This document shows positions 1 to 10,854 of a stretch of DNA of 40,809 bases, one piece after another (position 1 is the first letter of the stretch; every line of letters begins with the position of its first letter). The notes beneath the pieces were generated by a model. It ran no database searches. It was not told the DNA's origin and saw nothing but the letters and a program-made list of their open reading frames with translations. The translations under genes and the position numbers were made by a program. The DNA is from Candidatus Eiseniibacteriota bacterium (GTDB taxonomy: Bacteria; Eisenbacteria; RBG-16-71-46), in contig JANMQY010000018.1 of the NCBI GenBank assembly GCA_031370785.1, forward strand, positions 1 to 40,809. Reading direction: 5' to 3'.

Positions 1-1158
1 GCGCGCGAGCGCTGGAGCGAATGGCGTGGCAAGGAGCCAGGCCCCCTGGTGGTGGTGGACGACGTGACCGTCGGCCTGCAGCGCCTGGCGCATCGCTTTC
101 GCCAGAACTGGAGCGGGCTGATGGTCGGCGTGACCGGCAGCACGGGGAAGACCACCACCAAGGATCTGGTGGCCGCGGTGCTCGCCACCGCCGAGCCGAC
201 CCTGAAAACGGAAGGCAATCTCAATAACCACTGGGGCGTGCCGCTGACGCTGATGCGCCTGCGCAACGAGCACCACGCCGCGGTAGTGGAGATGGGCATG
301 AGCCGACCGGGGGAGATCGAGATGCTGGCCACCATCGCGATGCCGAATGCGGCGGTGATCACCAATGCCGGCAGCGCGCACCTCGAGGGGCTCGGCTCCC
401 TCGATGCGATCGCCTACGAGAAGGCCGCGCTGGCGCGGGCTCTCAAGCCGGACGAGGTGGCGTTCGTCGGCTCCGACTCGGCACGGCTGATGGCCGCGAT
501 CGAGGGCGTCCGGTGCCGCGTGCTGCGCTACGGGCTTTCGCCGGATGCCGACATGGGACCCAAGCGCATGACGATGCGCGAAGACGGCGGCACCACGCTC
601 GAGGTCGAGGGTTTCCCGCCGATCGCGCTGCGCCTGGTCGGCCGCCATCAGGTGGCGAACGCGCTGGCCGCGCTCGCGGTCGCGCGCGAGTACCGGCTCG
701 ATCCAGATGCGGTTGGGATCGCGCTCGGCGCCTACCATGCGCCCAAGGGGCGCATGGAGCTCAAGCACTGGCATGGCGCGACGCTGCTGGTGGACTGCTA
801 CAACGCCAACCCCGACTCGACCAGGGCGGCGCTCGAAACCCTGGCCGCGTGGCCGGATGCGAAGCGGCGCATCGCGGTACTCGGCGACATGCTCGAGCTG
901 GGGAGCACGGCGGCCGCGCTCCACCGCGAGACCGGCGGCGCGGTGCGGGACGCGGAGCTGTGGGTGATCGGCGCGCACATCGAGGACTACGCGGCGGGCG
1001 CGAAGAAAGCGAAAGTGAGCACGCGGACATTCGACGACATGAAGACGCTGTCCACGGCGCTGCGCGACGCGCTGGCGCCCGGGGTCACGGTGCTGGTCAA
1101 GGCCTCGCGTGGCGCTGCTCTCGAGCGCGCGCTCGAGGGCCTGAACCTGGAGGAATAG
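1..1158 (+). CDS. murF: UDP-N-acetylmuramoyl-tripeptide--D-Ala-D-Ala ligase (5' partial)
   Basis: VTGSTGKTTTK P-loop, GNLNNHWGVPLT, VEMGM, DCYNANPDS, LGDMLELG and KASRG motifs; frame open from base 1; immediately upstream of mraY. Confidence 0.95.
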   Translation, partial: ARERWSEWRGKEPGPLVVVDDVTVGLQRLAHRFRQNWSGLMVGVTGSTGKTTTKDLVAAVLATAEPTLKTEGNLNNHWGVPLTLMRLRNEHHAAVVEMGMSRPGEIEMLATIAMPNAAVITNAGSAHLEGLGSLDAIAYEKAALARALKPDEVAFVGSDSARLMAAIEGVRCRVLRYGLSPDADMGPKRMTMREDGGTTLEVEGFPPIALRLVGRHQVANALAALAVAREYRLDPDAVGIALGAYHAPKGRMELKHWHGATLLVDCYNANPDSTRAALETLAAWPDAKRRIAVLGDMLELGSTAAALHRETGGAVRDAELWVIGAHIEDYAAGAKKAKVSTRTFDDMKTLSTALRDALAPGVTVLVKASRGAALERALEGLNLEE

Positions 1159-1161
1159 CTC

Positions 1162-2253
1162 GTGTTCTTCGAGTGGGTGTATCCGCTTCACCATCTGCCG
1201 GGGTTTTCGGCGCTGAACGTTTTTCGATACATCACGTTTCGCGCCGCCTACGCCGCGATCACCGCGTTGCTGCTGTGCTACTGGCTGGGCCCGCCGATGA
1301 TCGCGTGGCTGCGCCAGGTCAAGCTCGGGCAGAAGATCCGCGAGGAGGGCCCCAAGGCGCACCTCGCCAAGGCGGGCACGCCGACGATGGGAGGCATCCT
1401 GATCGTGATCTCGATCGTGGTGCCGACCCTGATCTGGGGAAACTTCCATTCGCTGCCGCTGTGGCTGGCGCTGCTCGCGACGGTCTGGCTCGGCGCGCTC
1501 GGCTTCCTCGACGACTACCTGCGCGTGGTGAAGGGCTATCCCAAGGGATTGCTCGGCCGCTACAAGCTGACCGGACAGATCCTGCTCGGGCTCGTGATCG
1601 GGATCTGCCTGCTGGTGTGGCCCGAGACCAGCTTTCCATCGAGCGCGACCCACGTTCCGTTCCTCAAGTTCCGCTTCGTGGACTTCGGCTGGTTCTTCAT
1701 TCCGTTCGTGATCCTCGTGATCACCGGCTCCTCGAACGCGGTCAACCTCACCGACGGCCTCGACGGTCTCGCCTCGGGGCTGGTCGCGATCGCGGCGCTC
1801 ACCTTCGCCGGCATGTGCTACCTCGGCGGACATCTCAAGTTCAGCGGCTACCTGCACATCAGCTACCTGCCGTATAGCGGCGAGCTGACCGTGTTCTGCG
1901 CGGCGGTGCTGGGGGCCGCGCTCGGCTTCCTCTGGTACAACTGCCATCCGGCCGACGTGTTCATGGGAGATACCGGCTCGCTCGCGCTGGGCGGGGCGCT
2001 CGGCACGGTCGCGGTGCTCATCAAGCGCGAATTCTGGCTGGTGCTGGTGGGCGGGGTGTTCGTGGCCGAGGCGCTCTCGGTGATGATCCAGGTCGCGTCG
2101 TTCAAGCTGTGGGGCCGGCGCGTGTTCAAGATGGCCCCGCTCCATCACCACTTCGAGCTAATGGGCTGGGCCGAGTCGCGCGTGGTGCTGCGTTTCTACA
2201 TCGTCGGCGCACTGCTGGCCCTGCTCTCACTCTCGACCTTCAAGCTCCAATGA
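1162..2253 (+). CDS. mraY: phospho-N-acetylmuramoyl-pentapeptide transferase
   Basis: KAGTPTMGG, GFLDDY, NAVNLTDGLDGL, VFMGDTGS and MAPLHHHFEL motifs; GTG start with GGAGG upstream. Confidence 0.97.
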   Translation: MFFEWVYPLHHLPGFSALNVFRYITFRAAYAAITALLLCYWLGPPMIAWLRQVKLGQKIREEGPKAHLAKAGTPTMGGILIVISIVVPTLIWGNFHSLPLWLALLATVWLGALGFLDDYLRVVKGYPKGLLGRYKLTGQILLGLVIGICLLVWPETSFPSSATHVPFLKFRFVDFGWFFIPFVILVITGSSNAVNLTDGLDGLASGLVAIAALTFAGMCYLGGHLKFSGYLHISYLPYSGELTVFCAAVLGAALGFLWYNCHPADVFMGDTGSLALGGALGTVAVLIKREFWLVLVGGVFVAEALSVMIQVASFKLWGRRVFKMAPLHHHFELMGWAESRVVLRFYIVGALLALLSLSTFKLQ

Positions 2254-3641
2254 CCATAGACGCCCGCCATCCGCTGCCCGGCACCAAGCCACTGGTGGTC
2301 GGGGCCGGCAGGTCCGGCATCGCCGCGGCGGCGCTTCTGGCGCGGCACGGTTGCGCGGTCACGGTGTGCGATGCGCGCCAGCTCGCGCAGGCCGGAGAGG
2401 TTGCGGCCGCGCTCGCGCGCCTCGGAGTCGAGGTGGTGTGGGGCCGCGACGATGCGGCGCTGCTCGAGGGACATGACTTCGTGGTGTGGAGCCCGGGCAT
2501 CGCCACCAGTCATCCGCTGGCGGTCGCCGCGCGCGCCGCCGGAATCCCGCTGCTCTCCGAGCTCGAGATCGGGTTCCTCGCCGCGCACGCGCCGCTGCTG
2601 TGCATCACCGGCACCAACGGCAAGAGCACCACCACCGATCTGACCGGCGCCCTGCTTCGCGCGGCGGGCCGCGAAGTGGCGGTGTGCGGCAACATCGGAC
2701 GCGCGATCTGCGACGTGGCCGAAGGCATCGGCCCGGCCGGGCTGCTGGTCGTCGAGGTCAGCTCGTTCCAGCTCGAGACCGTGGATCGCCTCAAGCCGTT
2801 CGTCGCGACCTGGCTCAATCTCACCCCGGATCACTTCGACCGTCATGGCGACCTTGGAACCTACGCCTCGACCAAGCAGCGCCTGTTCGCGCGCCAGGAC
2901 GAGCATGACTACGCGGTATGGAATGCCGACGATCCGGCGCTCGCGCGCCTGCGCAGCGGGGATGCCACGCTGCTCGAGTTCTCGCTGGATCGGGCGGTGG
3001 ATTCCGGAGCGTGCGTGGTCGACGGCGCGCTGCAGCTCGCGTGGCGCGGCGGCGCCGAGCGGGTGATGGGGGTCGACGAAGTGCGCCTGCGCGGCCGCCA
3101 CAATCGCGCCAACGTCGCGGCCGCGCTCGCCACTGTGCTGCCGCTCGAGATCGCGCCGTCCACGCTGCGCACGGTCCTGCGCGAGTACGCCGGGCTCGAG
3201 CACCGGCTGGAGCCGGTAGACCAGATCGAGGGGGTCGAGTTCGTGAACGATTCGAAGGCGACCAACACCGATTCGATGGGCGTGGCGCTGGCCTCGTTCG
3301 ACCGCCCGGTGGTGCTGATCGCGGGCGGGCGCGACAAAGGCCAGGATTTCGCGCCGCTCCTGCCGCAGGTGAGGCAGAAGGTGCGCCACGCAGTGCTGAT
3401 CGGCGAGGGCGCGGAGCGGATCGCCGCCGCATGGAACGGCGTGCCGCAGTCGCGGGCCGCGACGCTGGCCGATGCGGTGGATCGGGCGTTCGCCGAGGCG
3501 CGGCGTGCACCGCAGGGACCGAGTCCGGTGCTGCTGTCGCCGGGCTGCGCCTCGTTCGACATGTTTCGGGACTTCGAGGACCGCGGCACCCGCTTCAAGG
3601 CCGAAGTCGCTCGACTCAAGCACCGGGAGGCCCACGCGTGA
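2250..3641 (+). CDS. murD: UDP-N-acetylmuramoyl-L-alanine--D-glutamate ligase
   Basis: ITGTNGKSTTT, EVSSFQL, NLTPDHFDRH, NDSKATN and LSPGCASFDMF motifs; ATGA overlap with mraY stop. Confidence 0.96.
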   Translation: MTIDARHPLPGTKPLVVGAGRSGIAAAALLARHGCAVTVCDARQLAQAGEVAAALARLGVEVVWGRDDAALLEGHDFVVWSPGIATSHPLAVAARAAGIPLLSELEIGFLAAHAPLLCITGTNGKSTTTDLTGALLRAAGREVAVCGNIGRAICDVAEGIGPAGLLVVEVSSFQLETVDRLKPFVATWLNLTPDHFDRHGDLGTYASTKQRLFARQDEHDYAVWNADDPALARLRSGDATLLEFSLDRAVDSGACVVDGALQLAWRGGAERVMGVDEVRLRGRHNRANVAAALATVLPLEIAPSTLRTVLREYAGLEHRLEPVDQIEGVEFVNDSKATNTDSMGVALASFDRPVVLIAGGRDKGQDFAPLLPQVRQKVRHAVLIGEGAERIAAAWNGVPQSRAATLADAVDRAFAEARRAPQGPSPVLLSPGCASFDMFRDFEDRGTRFKAEVARLKHREAHA

Positions 3642-4774
3642 ACCGTGGCGACCGCTGGCTGATCGTGCTGCCGCTCGTCCTGACCGCGGTCGGCGTGGTC
3701 ATGGTCTACAGCTCGAGCGCGATCCTCGGGATCACGCGCTTCCAGGATCCCAACTACTTCCTGTCGAAGCAGCTGTTCCGCACCCTGCTCGGAGTCGTGG
3801 TGCTGATCGCGGCGGCGCGCGTCGACCTGCGCCGGCTCGAGGCGCTCGCACCCGCACTCATGGTGGTCGGGGTTGCGCTGCTCGGGCTGGTGGTCGTGGC
3901 CGGGCACATGTCGAACGGCGCGACGCGCTGGCTCCGGCTCGGCTTCCTCACGCTCCAGCCCACCGACGTCGGGCGGCTGAGCGCGGTCATCTTCCTGGCG
4001 TGGTGGCTCAAGCGCCGCCCGCCCGGCGAGCTGGGATTCATGCGCGGCCTGGTTCCACCGCTCGCAATGGTTTCAGGGCTCGCCGGGCTGATCCTGCTCC
4101 AGCCCAATCTGTCGAGTGCCGCGCTGCTCGGCTTGAGCGGTTTCCTGCTGGTGTACCTTGCGGGCGCACGCCTTTCGCACCTCGCGGTGCCGATCGGCCT
4201 CGGCGTGCTCGGGGTCGCGGTGGCGCTCCAGACGCATCCGTATATGATGGGGCGGTTCGCCACGTACACCCGCTTCCTGTTCACCGGCGATCTCGACAAT
4301 CGCGGCGCCGGCTGGCAGCTCGACCAGTCGCTGATCGCGATCGGCTCGGGTGGCTGGTTCGGGCGCGGGCTGGGCGGAGGGTTGCAGAAGTACCTGTTCC
4401 TGCCCGAAGCCCACACCGATTTCATCTTCTCGATCCTGGCGGAGGAGCTCGGCTTCCTCGGGGCCAGCGGACTGCTGGTGGTGATCGCGCTCCTGGTCTG
4501 GCGCGGCATGCGCACCGCGGCCCGCGCCCGGGATCCGTTCGCGTTCCTGCTCGCTGGAGGGCTCACGTTGCAGATCGGTCTCTACGCGCTCGTCAATCTG
4601 GCGGTGGCCACCGGGCTCGCGCCCACTACCGGCCTGCCGCTGCCGTTCGTCTCGTACGGAGGATCCGCGCTGCTCGCGAACCTCGCGGCCGCGGGCCTCT
4701 TGTATCGGATCAGCGTAGTCAACGGTTCGGGCGAGGCCCTGGCCCGCCAGCGCTGGTCGCGGGAGGATGCATGA
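3638..4774 (+). CDS. ftsW: SEDS family peptidoglycan polymerase FtsW
   Basis: MVYSSS, NGATRW, LQPNLSS, LPEAHTDFIF and LPFVSYGGS motifs; lies between murD and murG; GTGA overlap. Confidence 0.95.
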   Translation: MNRGDRWLIVLPLVLTAVGVVMVYSSSAILGITRFQDPNYFLSKQLFRTLLGVVVLIAAARVDLRRLEALAPALMVVGVALLGLVVVAGHMSNGATRWLRLGFLTLQPTDVGRLSAVIFLAWWLKRRPPGELGFMRGLVPPLAMVSGLAGLILLQPNLSSAALLGLSGFLLVYLAGARLSHLAVPIGLGVLGVAVALQTHPYMMGRFATYTRFLFTGDLDNRGAGWQLDQSLIAIGSGGWFGRGLGGGLQKYLFLPEAHTDFIFSILAEELGFLGASGLLVVIALLVWRGMRTAARARDPFAFLLAGGLTLQIGLYALVNLAVATGLAPTTGLPLPFVSYGGSALLANLAAAGLLYRISVVNGSGEALARQRWSREDA

Positions 4775-5907
4775 AGGTCCTCATCGCCGGCGGTGGAACG
4801 GGAGGCCACGTGTATCCAGGGATCGCGGTCGCCGAGGAGATCCAGCGCATGCGCCCGGGGTTCGAGATCCTGTTCGTCGGCACGCGGCGCGGGCTCGAAT
4901 CCCAGGCCGTGCCCGAGGCCGGCTTTCGCATCCGCTACGTGCTCACTCGCGGGTTCCCGCGCCGCGCGTGGTGGCGCTGGCCATGGGCGGTGCTCGCCAA
5001 CCTCATCGGACTGGTGCAGGCGCTGTGGGTGGTGATGAGCGAGCGCCCGAGCGTGGTGCTCGGAACCGGAGGATACGTGAGCGGCCCGGTGTCGCTGGCG
5101 GCGTGGATGCTCGGCCGGCCCTTGCTGCTGCAGGAGCAGAACAGCGTGCCCGGAATCGCCAATCGCTGGCTCGGGCGCATCGCCGACGAGGTGCATCTTT
5201 CGTTCGTGGAGGCACGCTCCTATTTCGTGCGCAAGGACAACCTCAAGGTGAGCGGGAATCCGGTGCGGGCCCACATCCTCAGTGGCGACCGCACTACCGC
5301 GCTCGAGGAGTTCGGGCTGGACCCGGGCAGGCCGACCGTCTTCATCTTCGGGGGCAGCCGTGGCGCGCATCGGATCAACGAGGCCGCGATCGATGCCATG
5401 CGCCGGCTCAAGGGCCGGGTCGACGTGCAGTTCATCCTGCAGACCGGTCGCGAGGACTTCGAATGGGCGAAGGGCGTCGTCGACGCCGAGCAGCTTCCGG
5501 CCCGGGTGATGCCCTACCTGCGCCGCATTCACATGGCCTACGCCGCGGCCGACCTGGTGGTGTGCCGCTCGGGCGCCATGACCCTGGCCGAGATCGCGGC
5601 GTGCGGAACGCCCTCGATCCTGGTCCCGTATCCGCACGCCGCGCACGATCATCAGGTGATCAACGCGAGCAACCTGGTGGACCGCGGAGCCGCCGCCATG
5701 ATCCTCGACCGCGAGCTGACCGGCGAGCGCCTCGCGAACGAGGTCGCACACTGGCTCAGCGACCGGCAGGGCTTGTCGCGCATGAGCGCGAACGCGCGCA
5801 CGTTCACGCGCCCCGATGCGGCCGAGCGCATCGTGCGCAGCCTCGAGCGCTGGGGCCAGGGCCGGGTCGCGGCGCGCACCAGCAGCGACGAGGGAGGCGG
5901 GTACTGA
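4771..5907 (+). CDS. murG: undecaprenyl-PP-MurNAc-pentapeptide N-acetylglucosaminyltransferase
   Basis: GGGTGGHVYP, GTGGYVS, EQNSVPG, GNPVR, GGSRGA and CRSGAMT motifs. Confidence 0.97.
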   Translation: MKVLIAGGGTGGHVYPGIAVAEEIQRMRPGFEILFVGTRRGLESQAVPEAGFRIRYVLTRGFPRRAWWRWPWAVLANLIGLVQALWVVMSERPSVVLGTGGYVSGPVSLAAWMLGRPLLLQEQNSVPGIANRWLGRIADEVHLSFVEARSYFVRKDNLKVSGNPVRAHILSGDRTTALEEFGLDPGRPTVFIFGGSRGAHRINEAAIDAMRRLKGRVDVQFILQTGREDFEWAKGVVDAEQLPARVMPYLRRIHMAYAAADLVVCRSGAMTLAEIAACGTPSILVPYPHAAHDHQVINASNLVDRGAAAMILDRELTGERLANEVAHWLSDRQGLSRMSANARTFTRPDAAERIVRSLERWGQGRVAARTSSDEGGGY

Positions 5908-5908
5908 G

Positions 5909-7315
5909 ATGTACGGGCGAACCCACCGCATCCACTTCGTCGGCATCGGCGGCTCCGGGATGTCGGGCATTGCCGAGGTGCTGCTCAACATGGGCTACCA
6001 GGTCTCGGGCAGCGATCTCAAGTCCAGCGACGTTACCGATCGGCTGGTGCGGATCGGCGGGCGCGTCTTCATCGGGCACCACGCGGCGAACGTCGAAGGT
6101 GCGCAGGTGATCGTGTTCTCCTCCGCGGTGCGCGAGGACAACCCGGAGCTGGTGGCGGCACGCTCGGCCGGTGTGCCGACCATCGGACGCGCCGACATGC
6201 TCGCTGAGCTGATGCGCATGAAATACGGAGTCGCGGTGGGTGGCTCACACGGCAAAACCACCACCACCTCGATGATCGCGGCGGTCCTGGCTCGTGGCGG
6301 CGTGGACCCCACTATCGTGGTCGGTGGGCGGCTCAAGGCGCTCGGCACCAATGCCAGGCTCGGGCACGGCCAGTTCCTGGTGGCCGAGGCCGACGAGAGC
6401 GACGGCTCCTTCCTGCGCCTTTCGCCGGCGGTCGCGGTGATCACCAACATCGACCGCGAGCACCTCGATCACTACCTCGATCTCGATGCGATCCGGCAGG
6501 CGTTCGTCTATTTTGCGAATCGGGTGCCGTTCTACGGAGTCAGCGTGCTGTGCGCCGACGATGCGCAGGTGCGCGAGATCCTGCCGCGCGTCACCAAGCG
6601 CAGCCTGCTCTACGGCACGCGCGCGGAGTGCGAGGTGCGGGCCACCGACGTGCAGCTGCGCCCGCACGGCTCGCGCTTCCTGGTGAGCGCGAGCGGAAGG
6701 GCGCTCGGGCAGATCGAGCTGCACGTGCCCGGGCACCACAACGTGCTGAACGCGCTTGCCGCGGTCGCGGTCGGACTCGAGGTCGAGGTGGGCTTCGGTC
6801 ACATCGCCGAATCGCTCTCGGAATTCCGCGGGGTGAGCCGGCGTTTCGAGACCCGCGGCGAGGTGGAAGGGGTGCGGGTGGTGGACGACTACGGTCATCA
6901 CCCGACCGAGGTGATCGCGACGCTGGCCGCGGCCAAGGGCATGGGCGGGCGCGTGCTGGTGATCTTCCAGCCGCACCGCTACTCGCGCACCGCGGCGCTG
7001 CAGCAGGAATTCGGCGCAGCGTTCAGCGACGCTGACCGGGTGTGGGTGCTGGACGTGTACGCTGCCGGGGAGGCGGTGCTGCCGGGCGTCTCGGGACGCA
7101 CGATTGTCGAGAGCGCAGAAAGGCTGGGCGTGCGTCACGTGACGTTCGCGGGCGGAGGCGCCGAAGCGGCGGCCGCCGCCGCCAACGAAGCGCGTCGCGG
7201 CGATGTCGTGATCACGCTCGGCGCCGGAGACGTGTGGAAGCTGGCGGATCGGGTGCTGGAGCACCTGCGCGGAGTTACCGTGGTCGATCCGGCCGCGGGA
7301 TCGGGAAGAGGCTAG
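5909..7315 (+). CDS. murC: UDP-N-acetylmuramate--L-alanine ligase
   Basis: HFVGIGGSGMSG, GSHGKTTTT, EADESDGSF, DDYGHHPTE and FQPHRYSRT motifs. Confidence 0.97.
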   Translation: MYGRTHRIHFVGIGGSGMSGIAEVLLNMGYQVSGSDLKSSDVTDRLVRIGGRVFIGHHAANVEGAQVIVFSSAVREDNPELVAARSAGVPTIGRADMLAELMRMKYGVAVGGSHGKTTTTSMIAAVLARGGVDPTIVVGGRLKALGTNARLGHGQFLVAEADESDGSFLRLSPAVAVITNIDREHLDHYLDLDAIRQAFVYFANRVPFYGVSVLCADDAQVREILPRVTKRSLLYGTRAECEVRATDVQLRPHGSRFLVSASGRALGQIELHVPGHHNVLNALAAVAVGLEVEVGFGHIAESLSEFRGVSRRFETRGEVEGVRVVDDYGHHPTEVIATLAAAKGMGGRVLVIFQPHRYSRTAALQQEFGAAFSDADRVWVLDVYAAGEAVLPGVSGRTIVESAERLGVRHVTFAGGGAEAAAAAANEARRGDVVITLGAGDVWKLADRVLEHLRGVTVVDPAAGSGRG

Positions 7316-7317
7316 GG

Positions 7318-8151
7318 ATGGCGCTCTACCAGGGACGGGCACTGCGAACCGAAGCGGCACGCCGCGCACCGCGTGGCGCCGGCGCACGCCTGCGTCGCGT
7401 GCTGATCGCGCTCGGTGCGCTGATCGCGCTCGCCCTGTTCGTGCAGGTGCCGTGGCGTGCGCTCGGCCGGCACTGGCTCAAGGTGGGCGAGGTGCGCGTC
7501 GAGGGCCTGCGCTACCTGGATCCCGGGCGGGTGATTGCGCGCTCCGGCCTCCATCGCGGCGACGAGCTGTTCGGCGTGGACCTGGACCGGGCGCGCCAGG
7601 CGCTGCTCATGGACCCTCGCATCGCGGGCGCGGCGGTGCGGCATCGCTGGCCGTTCGGGCTCGAGCTCGACCTGGAAGAGCGCGTGCCGGTTCTGCTGGT
7701 TCAGCACGGCGTGCCGTGGGAGCTGGACTCGGCCGGCGTGCTGCTCGCCCCCCTCGCCGAGGGCGTGGTCGCCGACGTGCCGATGCTGCTCGGTCCCAGG
7801 CTCGAGTCCCTGCCCGCGGGATCGCAGCTGCGGACGCGCGATGTGCAGCGCGGGCTGGCCTGGGTGCGCGCGCTCTCGCAGCGCGAGCTGCAGCTCACCG
7901 GACAGGTGAGCGAGGTCGACGTGTCCGAGGCGGATGTGACCGCGCTCACCCTGATGAGCGGCACGCGCGTGATCACCCCGGCGTGGCCCCCGGGCACGCG
8001 CACGCTCTCGGCGCTGCGAGTGGTGCTCGCCGATCTGCACAGCCGCGGCACGCTCGCACAGGAAGTGGACATGCGATTCGAAAACCAGGTCATCGTCAGA
8101 CCCGTTGAACCGGCGGCGGAGCCGTCCGCCCCGCTGGCCCGAAACAGCTAG
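7318..8151 (+). CDS. ftsQ: cell division protein FtsQ/DivIB
   Basis: basic N-terminus, single TM helix, POTRA-like region ending in EERVP, C-terminal VDMRFENQVIV; directly upstream of ftsA. Confidence 0.85.
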   Translation: MALYQGRALRTEAARRAPRGAGARLRRVLIALGALIALALFVQVPWRALGRHWLKVGEVRVEGLRYLDPGRVIARSGLHRGDELFGVDLDRARQALLMDPRIAGAAVRHRWPFGLELDLEERVPVLLVQHGVPWELDSAGVLLAPLAEGVVADVPMLLGPRLESLPAGSQLRTRDVQRGLAWVRALSQRELQLTGQVSEVDVSEADVTALTLMSGTRVITPAWPPGTRTLSALRVVLADLHSRGTLAQEVDMRFENQVIVRPVEPAAEPSAPLARNS

Positions 8152-8184
8152 GAGCAACGCGATCACAGGGAGGTGAAACACCCA

Positions 8185-9432
8185 ATGGCACAGGCAACCC
8201 GGATCTACGTAGGCCTCGACATCGGCACCACCAAGATCTCGTGCATCGTCGCCGACATGAACGGCACCGGTGAGCTGCGCGTGGTCGGCGTGGGCAATGC
8301 GCCGAGCGAGGGCCTCAGACGCGGCGTGGTGGTGGATCTCGAGAAGACGGTGGCCAGCATCCAGCGCGCGGTCGACGAGGCCGAGCGCATGGCCGGCGTC
8401 CCGGTCAAGGGTGTGACCGCCGGCATCGCCGGCGATCACATCCGCAGCATCAACAGTCGCGGCGTGATCGCGGTCTCGCGCAAGGACAACGAGATCGGAC
8501 CGGCCGACGTGGACCGGGTGGTCGAGGCCGCCAAGGCCATCGCCATCCCGATGGACCGCGAGATCATCCACGTAATCCCGCAGGAGTTCATCGTGGACGA
8601 TCAGGACGGGATCAAGGATCCGATCGGGATGAGCGGCGTGCGCCTCGAAGCCGAGGTGCACATCATCACCGGCGCGGTGACCTCGGCCAAGAACATCTGC
8701 CGCTCGATCCAGCGCGCCGGGCTCAAGGTGTACGACCTCGTGCTCGAGCCACTGGCCTCGAGCCACGCCGTGCTCGGCCCCGACGAGCGCGACCTCGGGG
8801 TGGTGCTGCTCGACCTGGGCGGCGGAACCACCGATGTCGCGGTGTTCTTCGAGGGTTCGATCCGCCACACCGCGATCGTGCCGTTCGGAGGAGCCAACGT
8901 GACCAACGATCTGGCGATCGGGCTGCGCACTCCGATCGACAAGGCCGAGCAGATCAAGATCCAGCACGGCTCGGCGCTGGCAAGCCTGGTCTCGCTCGAC
9001 TCCAGGGTCACGGTCTCGGGCGTCGGCGGGCGGGCGGATCGCGAGATGTCGCGCCACGTGCTCGCCTCGATGGTCGAGCCGCGCATGGAGGAGATCTTCC
9101 AGCTCGCCAACAAGGAAGTGAAGAAGAACCACTTCGCCGAGCTGCTGGGCGGCGGTGTGGTGCTGACCGGAGGCACCTCGCTGATGCCGGGCGTGGTCGA
9201 GCTGGCCGAGCAGGTGTTCGAGATGCCAGTGCGGCTCGGAGTGCCGTCCGGGCTGGGCGGCCTGTCCGCCAACGTCGCCGATCCGCGTTACGCGACCGGC
9301 GTCGGGCTGGTGCTGCACGCGGCGCATGGCGAGGGCGCCGACATGGGTCTCAGGGAGCGTCGTGGGTCATCGGAGCGCAGGGCCGGCGTCGCCGGCTTCG
9401 ATCTGCGCCGATGGTTCAGCGACCTTTTCTAG
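8185..9432 (+). CDS. ftsA: cell division protein FtsA
   Basis: GLDIGTTKI, PIGMSGVRLE, DLGGGTTD, VVLTGG and C-terminal amphipathic RRWFSDLF; GGAGGTGA SD. Confidence 0.97.
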   Translation: MAQATRIYVGLDIGTTKISCIVADMNGTGELRVVGVGNAPSEGLRRGVVVDLEKTVASIQRAVDEAERMAGVPVKGVTAGIAGDHIRSINSRGVIAVSRKDNEIGPADVDRVVEAAKAIAIPMDREIIHVIPQEFIVDDQDGIKDPIGMSGVRLEAEVHIITGAVTSAKNICRSIQRAGLKVYDLVLEPLASSHAVLGPDERDLGVVLLDLGGGTTDVAVFFEGSIRHTAIVPFGGANVTNDLAIGLRTPIDKAEQIKIQHGSALASLVSLDSRVTVSGVGGRADREMSRHVLASMVEPRMEEIFQLANKEVKKNHFAELLGGGVVLTGGTSLMPGVVELAEQVFEMPVRLGVPSGLGGLSANVADPRYATGVGLVLHAAHGEGADMGLRERRGSSERRAGVAGFDLRRWFSDLF

Positions 9433-9567
9433 TGCCGCAGTGGGAACAGAAGTTCATGGAGGAGCACGCGTCGTCCATTTGACCGCCACCCCTTGAAGGT
9501 GGGTACGACGCCGGCGGAAAGTCCGCCGGCGCCGGATCCGAAAGGGGCAGGCACAGGGAGAAGTGCC

Positions 9568-10716
9568 ATGTTCGAACTCGAGATCGACAGCACCAATACC
9601 GCAAAGCTCAAGGTCATCGGCTGCGGCGGCGCGGGCGGAAACGCCGTGAACCGCATGATCGGCGCGGGACTGCGCGGCGTGGAGTTCATCGCCGCCAACA
9701 CCGACATGCAGGCGCTCAACCAGTCGCTGGCACCGCATCGCATCCAGATCGGCATGAGCGCCACGCGCGGACTCGGCTCGGGCGGCGACCCGTCGCAGGG
9801 CCGGCGCGCCGCCGAGGAAGACGAGCAGACCATCGCCGAGGCGCTGACCGACAGCGACATGGTGTTCATCACCGCCGGAATGGGCGGCGGCACCGGCACC
9901 GGCGCGGCGCCGGTGGTGGCGCGCCTCGCGCGCCAGAGCGGTGCGCTCACCGTGGCGGTCGTCACCAAGCCGTTCGCATTCGAGGGCCGGCGCCGCATGC
10001 GCCAGGCCGAGGAGGGCCTGGCCGAGCTGCGCGCCGAGGTGGACACGCTGATCGTGATCCCCAACGAACGCCTGCTCGCGGTGGTGGACAAGAGCACCTC
10101 GCTCAGCGATGCGTTCTCGGTGTGCGATGAAGTGCTGCTCAAGGCCACCAAGGGGATCTCGGACCTGGTGACGGTGCCGGGCCTGGTGAACCTGGACTTC
10201 GCCGACGTCAAAGCCGTCATGTCGAACCGGGGCAACGCGCTGATGGGCACGGGCCGCGCCACCGGGCAGAATCGCGCGGTCGATGCGGCGCAGGCCGCGG
10301 TCTCGAGCCCGTTGCTCGAGGACGTTTCGATTGCCGGCGCGGAAGGCGTGCTGGTCAACATCACCGGCGGCCGCGATCTCACCCTTCACGAAGTGAACGA
10401 GGCGGCAAGCGTCGTGGTCGGCGCGGCCGGGGAAGAGGCCAACGTGATCTTCGGCTCGGTCATCGATCCGAACATGGATGGCGAGATGATGATCACCGTG
10501 ATTGCGACTGGATTCGGGCACGCCGAACCCCGGCTCCGTTTGATCGAGAAGAACGCGGCCGCAGCGCTGGCGGAGGGCGAGGACTATCGCCGTCCGGCCG
10601 CGTGGCATGGCGAAGAGGCGCAGCCGGGCCGTCCGAGCCGGTGGACGCGCACCCAGCAGCAGTCGCGCGGCGGCTCGCTCGAGGTGCCGGCGTTCCTGCG
10701 TCGCCAGATGGACTGA
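9568..10716 (+). CDS. ftsZ: cell division GTPase FtsZ
   Basis: [14 protein letters not shown], tubulin signature [19 protein letters not shown] and C-terminal [12 protein letters not shown]. Confidence 0.98.
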   Translation: MFELEIDSTNTAKLKVIGCGGAGGNAVNRMIGAGLRGVEFIAANTDMQALNQSLAPHRIQIGMSATRGLGSGGDPSQGRRAAEEDEQTIAEALTDSDMVFITAGMGGGTGTGAAPVVARLARQSGALTVAVVTKPFAFEGRRRMRQAEEGLAELRAEVDTLIVIPNERLLAVVDKSTSLSDAFSVCDEVLLKATKGISDLVTVPGLVNLDFADVKAVMSNRGNALMGTGRATGQNRAVDAAQAAVSSPLLEDVSIAGAEGVLVNITGGRDLTLHEVNEAASVVVGAAGEEANVIFGSVIDPNMDGEMMITVIATGFGHAEPRLRLIEKNAAAALAEGEDYRRPAAWHGEEAQPGRPSRWTRTQQQSRGGSLEVPAFLRRQMD

Positions 10717-10854
10717 TCTGGAGGGCCGGGGTCGGCCCGTCAACGCCGGTCCCGGAATACGAACGCTGTCATCCACGGCGCCGGCATTGCCAGTCGCCCG
10801 CGTCACGCTGCCCGACGCGGGGACGGGGTGCGTCGCGGCGCCCGCGAGGTCTCG

